Assembly: GCA_038207085.1 (NCBI GenBank)
Contig: JBBRAE010000012.1
Coordinates: 10,446-74,445, forward strand
DNA length: 64,000 bases
Direction: 5' to 3'
Origin: Armatimonadota bacterium
GTDB taxonomy: Bacteria; Armatimonadota; UBA5829; DTLH01
In this document: positions 50,290 to 59,961 of the stretch, piece by piece
Layout of the letters: each line of letters opens with the position of its first letter
Numbering within the stretch: position 1 is the first letter of the stretch
Made by a program: the position numbers and the translations under genes
The notes under the pieces: model-generated
Told to the model about the DNA's origin: nothing
Database searches by the model: none
The model's input: only the letters and a program-made list of their open reading frames with translations

Positions 50290-51357
50290 TCACCCGAGAA
50301 TTCGCCGGTAGACCTGCTCGACCTCGTCGGCCATCCTCCGGGAGGTGAATCTATCACAGACGACCTCGCGCGCAAAACTGCCGAGTCGCTTTGCCAGGTC
50401 GCGGTCTGAGATCACCCGCTCGATCGCACGTGCGAGTGAGTGGTGGTCCCCCGAAGGCACGAGCAAACCGGTTTCGCCGTCGCGAATGAACTCAGGCACA
50501 CCACCAACGGCTGTGGCGACGATCGGGAGCGCGCTTGCCGCCGCTTCGAGCAACACCATCGGCAGCCCCTCCCGCAGTGACGACATGGCAAAGACATCCA
50601 GCGAAGCGAACACTCCCCAGGGAACATCGACGCGCTCGAAGATGAAAAGTCTGTCGCCAACGCCAAGCTCCTGCGCCAGCCGCCTGAGCTTCTTCAGATA
50701 TCTGGGTTTCCCATAGCCGACAAGCACTATTTTTGCTTCAGGAAGCAGCGCCGCCGCCCGAACAAGCATATCAAACCCTTTGACCGCCGCCAGCCTGCTC
50801 ACCGCGCCAACGAGGACGTCACCGGGCGCAAAGCCGTGATCTTCTCGGAAACCCGCATTGGGGAGCGGGTATTCGGGGAGGCCAATGCCGTTTTGTATGA
50901 CGTCGACTCTGCCACGGAAGCCCCGAGACTCAATATCGCACCGAATATCGTCAGACACCGTGATCGTCGCATCGGCGTCCATGCAGTAGAGCGGCTCCAA
51001 AAGCCCGTGCACCGTGCAGACGGAGCGCACCCCAAGCCGCTTCGCGACCGGAAGCGCAATCACCGAGTCGAGCTTGAGGTGAGAATGCACGAGGTCTACC
51101 CTGTGGCGCTCAATGATCGACTTGATGCGACGCGGCCCGATCAGCTTGGAAGACAACCCCTTCATAGGAAGCGTCTCGACGGGCACCCCCCTGTCGATCG
51201 CACACCGCTCAACCCACGATCCCGACCGGCACGCGAGCACGGTGCGGTAACCGCGGGCCACAAACTCATCGATCAGACCCAGGACAACCCGCTCGGCCCC
51301 TCCGATGGAGCGACCCGACATGACATGAAGAATGGTTGGCGTGTGGCAAGAATGCAT
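50290..51357 (-). CDS. GT4 (GT-B) glycosyltransferase
   Basis: GGAER, HSH, TVHG, NGI, RL...KG, EGLPMVLLEA, VGGVPE. Confidence 0.92.
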   Translation of the reverse strand: MHSCHTPTILHVMSGRSIGGAERVVLGLIDEFVARGYRTVLACRSGSWVERCAIDRGVPVETLPMKGLSSKLIGPRRIKSIIERHRVDLVHSHLKLDSVIALPVAKRLGVRSVCTVHGLLEPLYCMDADATITVSDDIRCDIESRGFRGRVDVIQNGIGLPEYPLPNAGFREDHGFAPGDVLVGAVSRLAAVKGFDMLVRAAALLPEAKIVLVGYGKPRYLKKLRRLAQELGVGDRLFIFERVDVPWGVFASLDVFAMSSLREGLPMVLLEAAASALPIVATAVGGVPEFIRDGETGLLVPSGDHHSLARAIERVISDRDLAKRLGSFAREVVCDRFTSRRMADEVEQVYRRILG

Positions 51358-51629
51358 GACTCAATTATACCGCACAACCACGCAAGTCGGAAAGCATAAC
51401 CATTGTTAATGGGTCAGCTAGCCCGCTTCCAAGATTTTGACCTTTCTGATATAATATACAAGAGTGATATAGAGGAATCCGTCGCAAGCCCGAGAGATCG
51501 AATGGCGTCGGGCTTGTTTAGCGCCTGAGAGAACTTCGATTGGGCCAAAGACGGGCTTTTTAGTTATTTGGGAGCCGCAGCGCAGCAGCGCCCCGCGGCC
51601 TTTTGTCCTGTACAGGAAGACTATTTTAG

Positions 51630-52226
51630 ATGTATTACGCAAAACCGCTCGCGAAACTGGTGGGAGAACTCGAACGACTCCCGGGCATCGGCCCCAAGTC
51701 CGCGCAGAGGCTTGCGTTCCATATTCTCAGGTCGTCGGAAGAAGAAGCCCGACGGCTTGCAGAATCCATCGCCGAAGTAAAGTCCGCGATCACACTTTGT
51801 CCGGTGTGCTTCAACTTCACCGACAAAGAAATCTGCGAGATCTGCCGTGACCCGAAACGCGACCGATCCGTAATCTGCGTTGTAGCCGAACCGCGCGACC
51901 TCGTAGCGATGGAAAAAACCAATGAGTTCAAAGGGCTGTATCACGTCCTCGGAGGAGTCATCTCCCCCATGGACGGGGTGGGCGCGGAGATGCTCAAGGT
52001 TCGTGAGCTAGTTCAAAGACTGGGCCAGGACGACGTAAAAGAGGTCATCCTCGCGACCAACCCGACCATCGAAGGTGACACCACTGCGATGTACCTCGCA
52101 AGGCTCATCAAAGAGTTCGGGATCAAAGTCTCAAGGATCGCACACGGCATGCCCGTCGGCGGCGACCTCGACTACGCGGACCAGGCCACACTGATACAGG
52201 CGCTGGAGTGGCGCCGAGAAATGTAA
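51630..52226 (+). CDS. recR: Recombination mediator RecR
   Basis: LPGIGPKSAQRLA, CPVC...CEIC zinc finger, YHVLGG.ISP.DG, ATNPTIEGD.TA, G.P.GGDLDYAD. Confidence 0.97.
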   Translation: MYYAKPLAKLVGELERLPGIGPKSAQRLAFHILRSSEEEARRLAESIAEVKSAITLCPVCFNFTDKEICEICRDPKRDRSVICVVAEPRDLVAMEKTNEFKGLYHVLGGVISPMDGVGAEMLKVRELVQRLGQDDVKEVILATNPTIEGDTTAMYLARLIKEFGIKVSRIAHGMPVGGDLDYADQATLIQALEWRREM

Positions 52227-52300
52227 TTTGGGATCGGGGCCGGGATCTGGTTTTTCAGTCCCCACCCTTACCCCCAACACCTGATAAGGAGCCAGTACAT

Positions 52301-52876
52301 ATGGGAAAACTTACTGAGATCCGTTGGCACGGACGAGGCGGACAGGGCGCAAAAACCGCTGCCCTGCTGTTCGGCGACGCTGCGCTCTCGGAAGGCAAGT
52401 ATATTCAGGCCTTCCCCGAGTATGGTCCTGAACGGACCGGTGCCCCGGTGCAGTCGTTCAACAGAGTCAGCGAAGAGCCGATTGACCTTCACTGCCACGT
52501 GAAGAGCCCGCAGGTTGTGGTCGTGCTCGACCCGACCCTGATCGGTCCTGTCGACGTGACCGCCGGACTGCCCGACGACGGAGTCATTATCGTCAACACC
52601 AACATGTCTGCAGCCGAGATGGGCACAAAGCTCAACCTCAACGGCCGCAAGCTGTACATCCTCGATGCTTCCTCCATCGCCAAGGAGACCATCGGCCGCG
52701 ATATCCCGAACACCCCGATGCTCGGAGCGCTCGCCAAGGTCACCGGTCTGCTTTCTTTTGAGACCCTGATGGATGACACCCGCAAGAAGCTCGAGAAGAA
52801 GTTCCGCAACAAGCCCGAGGTCATTGAAGGCAACCTCAAGGCTATCGAGCGCGCGTTTAACGAAGTGAAAAGCTAA
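52301..52876 (+). CDS. porC: Pyruvate/2-oxoacid:ferredoxin oxidoreductase gamma subunit
   Basis: EIRWHGRGGQGAKT, FPEYGPERTGAP, NTPMLGA; ATG 52301 after AAGGAG. Confidence 0.92.
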   Translation: MGKLTEIRWHGRGGQGAKTAALLFGDAALSEGKYIQAFPEYGPERTGAPVQSFNRVSEEPIDLHCHVKSPQVVVVLDPTLIGPVDVTAGLPDDGVIIVNTNMSAAEMGTKLNLNGRKLYILDASSIAKETIGRDIPNTPMLGALAKVTGLLSFETLMDDTRKKLEKKFRNKPEVIEGNLKAIERAFNEVKS

Positions 52877-52936
52877 GAGTGACGAGCGACGAGTGATTGC
52901 CACTCTGAACTCTGAACTCCTCTAGGAGGATTTACA

Positions 52937-54172
52937 TTGGCAAAAGTTCTTGATGAGGCCGCAATGGCCGCCGCGGGAAAGAACGGCAGGGGCGCAGGCG
53001 TGAAAAAGGCGCTTACGGGAAACGAGTCAGTCGCTTATGCGATGAGACAGATTAACCCCGACGTCGTCGCAGCCTACCCGATTACCCCGGCAACTGAAAT
53101 AGTACAGATTTACTCGACCTACGTCGCTGACGGACTGGTCGACACCGAGTATGTTGCAGTCGAAAGCGAGCACTCCGCGATGAGCGCGACCATCGGCGCA
53201 TGCGCTGCTGGCGCACGCTCCATGACCGCGACGAGCTCCCAGGGCCTTGCCCTTATGTGGGAAATGCTCTACATCGCGGCAGGCCTCAGGCTCCCGATCG
53301 TTATGCCTGAGACCAACCGCGCGCTTTCCGCACCGATCAACATCCACGGCGACCACTCCGACACGATGGGCGCACGTGACGCGGGATGGCTCCACATCTT
53401 CAGTGAGAACTCCCAGGAAGCTTACGACAACGTCATTCAGGCGATCCGCATCTGCGAGCACCCTGAAGTTCTGCTCCCTGCGATGGTCACGATGGACGGG
53501 TTCATCATCAGCCATGCTATGGAAGTCGTACAGGTGCTTGAGGACAAGATCGTTAAGGATTTCGTCGGCACCTATAAGCCGGAGAAATACCTGCTCGACA
53601 TCGACAACCCGATAACTGTCGGCGGCCTCGACTTCACCGACTACTACTTCGAGCACAGAAGAAGCCTCGCGGAGCCGATGTTCCAGGCGAAGAAGTACAT
53701 TCTTGAGATCGCCGAGGAGTATGCAAAAATCTCCGGGCGCAAGTATGGCCTCTTCGAGGAATACATGATGGACGACGCCGAGTATGCAATTGTCGTGCTC
53801 GGATCGACAGCCGGAACCGCAAGACTCGCAATCGACGAGCTTCGCGCACAGGGCGTCAAGGCCGGTCTCGTGAAGATCAGGGTCTTCAGACCGTTCCCTT
53901 ATGAAGAGCTCGCCGAAGTCCTACAGGGCTGCAAGGTTGTTGCAGTTATGGACAGGAGCGACGGCCTAGCAGGATTTGGCGGACCGGTTTTCGGAGAAAT
54001 CCGAAGCGCGCTCTGCGACTACGAAAAGAAACCCGTTACCGTCGACTATGTATATGGTCTCGGCGGACGCGACATCAACGTTGAAATGATCAAGAGCGTT
54101 TACCGCGACTTGCAGGAGATCGCTGCAACGGGTAACAAGAAGCTCGTGAACTACCTCGGAGTGAGGGAATAG
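52937..54172 (+). CDS. porA: Pyruvate:ferredoxin oxidoreductase alpha subunit
   Basis: AYPITP, ESEHSA, TATSSQGL, NRALSAPINIH.DHSD, FRPFP, GLGGRD. Confidence 0.95.
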   Translation: MAKVLDEAAMAAAGKNGRGAGVKKALTGNESVAYAMRQINPDVVAAYPITPATEIVQIYSTYVADGLVDTEYVAVESEHSAMSATIGACAAGARSMTATSSQGLALMWEMLYIAAGLRLPIVMPETNRALSAPINIHGDHSDTMGARDAGWLHIFSENSQEAYDNVIQAIRICEHPEVLLPAMVTMDGFIISHAMEVVQVLEDKIVKDFVGTYKPEKYLLDIDNPITVGGLDFTDYYFEHRRSLAEPMFQAKKYILEIAEEYAKISGRKYGLFEEYMMDDAEYAIVVLGSTAGTARLAIDELRAQGVKAGLVKIRVFRPFPYEELAEVLQGCKVVAVMDRSDGLAGFGGPVFGEIRSALCDYEKKPVTVDYVYGLGGRDINVEMIKSVYRDLQEIAATGNKKLVNYLGVRE

Positions 54173-54176
54173 TATA

Positions 54177-55103
54177 ATGGCGAATATCAAAGAACTCTCA
54201 AAACTCGAAGAGAAATTCAGCTCGGGCCATAGGGCGTGCGCCGGTTGCACCGCGCCGCTCGTCGTCCGAATGCTTATGATGGCCGCGGGCGAGACCCCGG
54301 TTGTCTCCGGAAGCGCGACCGGGTGTCTTGAGGTCGTCACGACGATCTTCCCTTACACCGCGTGGAAGGGCCCGTTCATCCACAGCGCGTTCGAGAACTC
54401 GGCTGCGACCGTTTCCGGCGTCGAGGCTGCCTACAAGTCGCTTAAGAAGCAGGGCAAGTACGACAAGGAAGTGAAGTTCGTCGCGTTCGGCGGCGACGGC
54501 GGAACCTACGATATCGGTTTCCAGTCGCTCTCAGGAGCGATGGAGCGTGGACACAATATGGTCTACGTCTGCTACAACAACGAGGCCTACATGAACACTG
54601 GAATCCAGCGTTCATCGGCGACCCCTCGTTACGGTGATACCACAACAAGCCCTGTCGGGCAGGTTGAGCCCGGCAAGAAGCAGTTCCCGAAGGACATGAC
54701 CCAGATCATGGTCGCCCACGAGATCCCCTACGTCGCACAGGGCACCCCTGGCATGTGGAACGACCTCATAACCAAGTTCCAGAAGGCGCTTACGGTCGAC
54801 GGACCCGCGTTCGTGAATGTTCTTGCTCCCTGCCGCCTTGGTTGGGCGGTCCCGAGCGAGAAGGCGATCCAGATCGGCCGCGACGCAGCAGACGTCTGCA
54901 TCTGGCCGCTCTACGAGGTCGTAAACGGTGAGTACAAGATCACCTACAAGCCTCGCGAGAAGAAGCCGGTAGAGTATTACCTCAAGCAGCAGACCCGCTA
55001 CCGCCACCTGTTCCGCCCTGGAATGGAGTCTGCGGTGGAAGAGATCCAGAACTGGGTCGACGCCCGCTGGGAGAAGCTGAAGAGACTGGCTGGAGAAGAG
55101 TAA
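54177..55103 (+). CDS. porB: Pyruvate:ferredoxin oxidoreductase beta subunit (TPP-binding)
   Basis: GHRACAGC, TGCLEV, GGDGGTYDIG, NEAYMNTGIQRS..TP, PC..GW. Confidence 0.95.
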   Translation: MANIKELSKLEEKFSSGHRACAGCTAPLVVRMLMMAAGETPVVSGSATGCLEVVTTIFPYTAWKGPFIHSAFENSAATVSGVEAAYKSLKKQGKYDKEVKFVAFGGDGGTYDIGFQSLSGAMERGHNMVYVCYNNEAYMNTGIQRSSATPRYGDTTTSPVGQVEPGKKQFPKDMTQIMVAHEIPYVAQGTPGMWNDLITKFQKALTVDGPAFVNVLAPCRLGWAVPSEKAIQIGRDAADVCIWPLYEVVNGEYKITYKPREKKPVEYYLKQQTRYRHLFRPGMESAVEEIQNWVDARWEKLKRLAGEE

Positions 55104-55128
55104 ATCAGCTGTTAGCTGTTAGGTTAAG

Positions 55129-55163
55129 AGAGCCCGGGGCAGAGATGCTCCGGGCTCTTTTTT
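55129..55163 (+). terminator. Intrinsic terminator of the por operon
   Basis: AGAGCCCGGGGCA / TGCTCCGGGCTCT followed by a T-run. Confidence 0.85.
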
Positions 55164-55247
55164 GCGTTGCCTATGTGTTGGCCTCAAGTCTTGACAGTGC
55201 AGCACACGGGGCTATACTGCAGATGCTGCATACAGCACTCGTCACGA

Positions 55248-55880
55248 CTACAAGGTGCGATATATCAGGATGTTGTCTATTCGGACCTTGTAGGAGGTGC
55301 TGAAGTATCCGCAGCCGGTGATCACAGCGTCATTGGTCATCGCGCCCGCCCAGATTCTGATCGGCTGACCAGACCTGACAGCGACATTCACAAAGGTGGA
55401 GCAGGGATAGTAGGCAAATGTCTTGCTCTGGTTCGTGGTCTTGTAAGCTGTGAGATTCAGGTTTCTGAACTCGCAGATGCCGTAAGCGCCATTGTTCGTC
55501 TGCAGATAGACAGTCGAACGAATCATCTCGTATCCCCACGGCGAAAGCACAGTCGCGCTGTCTTTGCCATAGATGTGAGAATTAGTGATGATGCGCGCGG
55601 TGCCGGTGAAGTTTGGCGTCCAGTAGACATAAACTGCGCACTTGGCCGAAACCGATGACACCTTGCTTCCGCTGGTGTCGATGAGGATATCTCCCCACCG
55701 AACAGTGCCGGAAGCAGTAGCCGTAGCAGCGCCGACCGTGTTCGTGGAGATACCCTCTATCCCCTTGTAGGGCGCGCCAAACGACTGCCACAGCAAGACT
55801 GCGTGGGCTGCGGTGCTGGAAAATACGCAGATGCCCGCAAGTATAACAGGGAAAATTGTCAGTGAAATGCGTGGTCTCAT
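55248..55880 (-). CDS. Secreted beta-rich hypothetical protein
   Basis: Signal peptide MRPRISLTIFPVILAGICVFSSTAAHA from ATG 55880; Thr/Ser/Tyr-rich. Confidence 0.7.
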   Translation of the reverse strand: MRPRISLTIFPVILAGICVFSSTAAHAVLLWQSFGAPYKGIEGISTNTVGAATATASGTVRWGDILIDTSGSKVSSVSAKCAVYVYWTPNFTGTARIITNSHIYGKDSATVLSPWGYEMIRSTVYLQTNNGAYGICEFRNLNLTAYKTTNQSKTFAYYPCSTFVNVAVRSGQPIRIWAGAMTNDAVITGCGYFSTSYKVRIDNILIYRTL

Positions 55881-56141
55881 AGTGAGCCCCCATTGTAGTT
55901 TAATTTTGCTGCAATAGTCGCATGAGGTCAGTGCTGTCCATTGGCACATGCCTGTCTGCCACATTTTACAACTGACACAGTATAGGCTCACATATGGCCG
56001 CTTGTCAACCTTTGTGGACTACAATTCTTCTGAAGTGAGTCCAATGGTCACTTTTGACACGCCAAGCAACTCAACATGTCCGCCAGCTCGCTGATATGAG
56101 CCCGCAGAAACCTGCTATAATTAGTGTGCCAGCATCAATAA

Positions 56142-57251
56142 ATGGGAGGACGTCAAGATTTGAAAAAGGTTTATATAGCTGCAACACGACAGAATGATGG
56201 CAAGACGATCACCTGTCTCGGCCTGATGTCAGCGTTCAAGAGGAGATCTCCGAATGTCGGCTACATCAAACCCGTCGGGCAAAGGTTTCTTGAGATAGAC
56301 GGCTGCAGAGTCGACGAAGACGCTCTTTTGATGCGTGACGTCTACGGCATAGAGGGGAATATCGGGGATATGTCCCCGGTCGCCATCCCGCATGGGTTCA
56401 CAGAGGCCTACATCGATCACCCCCACCGCGAGGACCTTGTCGACACAGTCGTCGCCGCGTTCAACCGGGTGTCTACAGGCAGAGACATTGTGCTTGTCGA
56501 GGGCACGGGGCATGCCGGGGTCGGCTCAGTCTTCGATATGTCAAACGGTGACGTCGCCAAGCTTCTGGGCACCAAGGTGATTCTCGTCTCAAGCGGCGGG
56601 ATTGGCCGCCCGATCGACGAAATTATGCTAAACAAAGCGATGTTCGACCAGGTAGGTGTCGATATTCTCGGAGTCATCATCAACAAGGTGCAGGCAGACA
56701 AGTTCGACAAGGTCAACCGGGTGGTGCGCCAAGGGCTTGCCCGAAAGGGCCTTGAAGTGCTTGGGGTGATGCCCTACCTGGCGGTGCTTTCAAACCCGAC
56801 GGTCGAGCAGCTGCTCGACGATATCGACGGCGAACTGGTCAGCGGCAAGGAGGGACTTTCAAACTCCGCGTCGCGAATGGTCATCGGCGCGATGCCACCT
56901 CATGAGGCGCTGAACTACTTCAGTCCAGACGCGATTTTGATCACCCCCGGAACCCGCGAAGACCTGATTCTTGCGGCTATGAGCTCGTGCGCGGTGGGCG
57001 CCGCAAAGACCCACTGCGTCGCGGGGATCATCCTGACCGGCGGAACAAGACCCCATCACAATATCATGGAGCTGATAGAACGAACCACTATCCCTGTGAT
57101 ACTCGCAGAAGATGACACGTTTTCCGTCGCAAGCAAGATCGCCAAGCTTATCGTGAAGGTGCGATCAACCGATACCGAGAAGATTGCGACCACCGAGCAG
57201 ATCGTAGAAGAGTTCGTCGACGTCAAACGCATATATGAGCTTCTGGGCTAG
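56142..57251 (+). CDS. BioD-like P-loop + DRTGG protein (phosphotransacetylase N-terminal region only)
   Basis: T....GKT, GYIKPVG, VEGTGH, IINKV, ITPGTREDLIL, GIILTGG, DTF; no Pta catalytic domain. Confidence 0.85.
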   Translation: MGGRQDLKKVYIAATRQNDGKTITCLGLMSAFKRRSPNVGYIKPVGQRFLEIDGCRVDEDALLMRDVYGIEGNIGDMSPVAIPHGFTEAYIDHPHREDLVDTVVAAFNRVSTGRDIVLVEGTGHAGVGSVFDMSNGDVAKLLGTKVILVSSGGIGRPIDEIMLNKAMFDQVGVDILGVIINKVQADKFDKVNRVVRQGLARKGLEVLGVMPYLAVLSNPTVEQLLDDIDGELVSGKEGLSNSASRMVIGAMPPHEALNYFSPDAILITPGTREDLILAAMSSCAVGAAKTHCVAGIILTGGTRPHHNIMELIERTTIPVILAEDDTFSVASKIAKLIVKVRSTDTEKIATTEQIVEEFVDVKRIYELLG

Positions 57252-57331
57252 AACAAGCGTCGGGGCTCCGGCCCCCGGCGAACGTTTCGCGCAATAGCGG
57301 GTAAGCTTCCCCTCGATTGGAGAAGCCACCT

Positions 57332-58420
57332 ATGCCATCCTCACAGTCACAGGCATATGTCTCTCAGTCGGCTGAATCGAAGCCTTCGTCGCGCGCCGGC
57401 AGGGTGTTTCTGATCCTGCTTGCGCTGACGGCGCTTGTGGTCCACCAGATGGGCCTAAGCGAGTGGAGCACGAGGATTGTGCCTGCGATCTTTGGTATTG
57501 CGAAACGGGGGATGATCTATCTGCTCTCAAGAAAGACTTTTGGCGATCTCCCCCTGGCACCTCTACTGGAGTCAGATGGCCCGATTCTATGCGATGACGC
57601 TCTTCTTTTCTGCGGCGTCGGTGCTTGCCCTTGTCCGTGGGCTTGAAGAAAACAGCCGCGCATGGACCGCCGCAGCAGGAGTTCTCCTTGCCCTGGGGAC
57701 GCTTTCCCACTGCTCAGCGCTTCTGATCATGCCCGGCATCGCCCTCTACGCGGCGTTGATCGCGCTTCTTCGATGGCCAAAACCCCGTGGGTTCACCAAA
57801 ACAAACGCACTGATATTTCTTGCCCCGTTTATCCTTGGAGGGATCGCTGCAGGGACGCGCGCGGGCTCGCTTATCGGCAAATACCTCGGCGGACACCCAA
57901 CGGGCACGCTGATAGCCGACCCCATAAAAGCGGGAGTATATATGCTCGCCTCACTTGCCTACCGGATGGAGATTGGGTTATGGTGCTTGCTCTGGCGGCG
58001 GTTGGGATTCTTGCAATATTTGGGATGATGTCACACGCCGAAAACCGCTATGGGTTTGTGATCTTCGGCAACGTCGCGCTGCTCGCGGTGATCGTCCCGC
58101 TTGCCATTGCGCTTCCTATGCTCGGGCATGACGCTTCATACTTTAGCCGAGTTTCGATGGGAGAGCGATGGAACTACAAAGCCGCCGCGGGTTTCCTTAG
58201 AGAACACGCCGGGGCAGGCGAAACGGTATACTCATCGATGCCTTACCCGCTCCAGTATTACATGAAAGGCTCCGGGATCACTGTGGCAGATCTTGACCCT
58301 GGCGCCGAGCTCGCCCGCGGCCGACTACGGCCTGTCCGTGTACTCCCACTACAAGTGAGAGCGCCGAGGCTACAATTTGCCATTTCGGTATTATTGACAG
58401 TGGACATGCGTGTGGTATAA
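57332..58420 (+). pseudogene. Fragmented GT-C (GT39/PMT_2-like) glycosyltransferase
   Basis: Family-like segments in three frames: SEWSTRIVPAIFG; AISPWHLYWSQMARFYAM..LSHCSA; RY...W.YKAAAGFL....YY; much shorter than a full GT-C. Confidence 0.65.
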
Positions 58421-58421
58421 T
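58394..58421 (+). promoter_or_regulatory. Consensus sigma70 promoter of the S41 protease operon
   Basis: TTGACA-N16-TATAAT with extended -10 TG; argues against the 58410 start. Confidence 0.65.
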
Positions 58422-58559
58422 GCTATAGAAGCGAAGGCGCGTGGTGGCTTTCGCTTAATATTTATGTGTCCGGGCTTTCCGGATGCAGTCGAGATAATCG
58501 CCTCGGGTATTCGCGCGAGCGTGCGGGTGCGACAGGCCTCCCCGAAAGAGTGGTTCAAA

Positions 58560-59957
58560 TTGCGCATTAAAGAGCAGTTGGTAATAACCGTGTTGGTCGT
58601 AGCTGCAATGGTTGCGGGCTTTGCGGCCAGGTCCCACGTGAACGCACGAGACCCCGAAGCGCGAGTCCTTCGTGAAGATACCCGTCAGCTTTCGGCCTAC
58701 GCGTCGAACACGTCGTCTGATGCGGGCGGACGCTCCGACGTCGATCTGAGACCCCTTGAAGTCTTCTACAGCGCGCTTCAGCACGTGCGAGAAGATTACG
58801 TTGAACCGATCCAGAAGAATCAGGAGCACGAGCTCACCTACGGAGCGCTCCGGGCGATGCTCGATTCCCTTCGCGACCCGCAGACCCGGTTCCTTGAACC
58901 CAAAGAGGCTGCAATCGTCGAAGCCGCCGGACACGGCAAGTTCAACGGCATCGGCGCTGCGCTTTGGGTGAGCCGCGCCAAGGTGAGCGGTGCAAACGAG
59001 GAGCAGGTGGTCGTGGAAACCACGCTTCCGGGTAGCCCTGCTCGAAAAGCCGGACTTCTGACCGGCGACGTGATCACCACTGTCGACGGCAAGAATGTGC
59101 TGCCCTACAACCCGTTCGCCCGCGTCGAGAATATGATCAAGGCTACCAAGAACGGCCAACTGACCCAGGACAAGCTCCAGAAGATGCTTGAGAGCGAAAA
59201 CGAACGAATCAAGAATGGAATAGGCTTCCAGAAGGCGATCGATCAGATGACGACCGCCGGTGACAAGGAGATCGCGCTCACCGTTTCGCGGCCCGGAGTC
59301 AAGGCCCCGGTCAAGATCAAGGTGCAGCCCGCACTTACCACGGTTGACCCCGTCAGCTTTGCCAAGATCAACCCCACGGTCGGCTATATCCGGGTGAACC
59401 TGCTGATAGACCCGACCAAAACCGGCGTCGCCGACGCAGTTGCCGAATTCAGGAAGGACGGCGTCAAGTCGATCGTTCTTGATCTTCGGGACTGCCCGGG
59501 TGGCAGTTTTGACGTTGCACAGACAGTCGCAGGCAGCCTGATGTCCGACCGAAGAATGTCGATCCTTCAGATGGCCCACGGCAAGCAGCGCTCGCTCAAA
59601 GCGAATGTGTCCGAGGATGTGAAGACGCCCTGGACCGGACCAGTCGCAGTGATCGTGAACAAGGGAACAGCTGGGACCGCTGAGGTCCTGGCGGCTGCGG
59701 TGCGTGACGGAGTCAATGCGCAGCTTGTGGGTTCGACCACGTTCGGTGACAACCTGCAGCAGACCTATGTAGCCCTACAAGACGGCTCCGCGGTGACTAT
59801 GACCACCGGCAAATACCTCACCCCCAAGGGTGGCGACTATCAGAACAAGGGACTCGTCCCGAACGTCGTGATCGCCGCCCCAACGACCGATGCGCCGGCT
59901 GCAAACGATCCTGTGGTCGCCAAAGCCGTTCAGTCGCTTGCCGGAAACAAAGGATAA
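58560..59957 (+). CDS. S41/CtpA-family PDZ protein lacking the catalytic Ser and Lys (pseudoprotease)
   Basis: N-terminal TM, GA..AML.SL.DP.TRFL, F.GIGA, PGSPA..AG, LDLRDCPGG; TAGTAE and TFGDN in place of SASASE and TFGK. Confidence 0.85.
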   Translation: MRIKEQLVITVLVVAAMVAGFAARSHVNARDPEARVLREDTRQLSAYASNTSSDAGGRSDVDLRPLEVFYSALQHVREDYVEPIQKNQEHELTYGALRAMLDSLRDPQTRFLEPKEAAIVEAAGHGKFNGIGAALWVSRAKVSGANEEQVVVETTLPGSPARKAGLLTGDVITTVDGKNVLPYNPFARVENMIKATKNGQLTQDKLQKMLESENERIKNGIGFQKAIDQMTTAGDKEIALTVSRPGVKAPVKIKVQPALTTVDPVSFAKINPTVGYIRVNLLIDPTKTGVADAVAEFRKDGVKSIVLDLRDCPGGSFDVAQTVAGSLMSDRRMSILQMAHGKQRSLKANVSEDVKTPWTGPVAVIVNKGTAGTAEVLAAAVRDGVNAQLVGSTTFGDNLQQTYVALQDGSAVTMTTGKYLTPKGGDYQNKGLVPNVVIAAPTTDAPAANDPVVAKAVQSLAGNKG

Positions 59958-59961
59958 GTTG

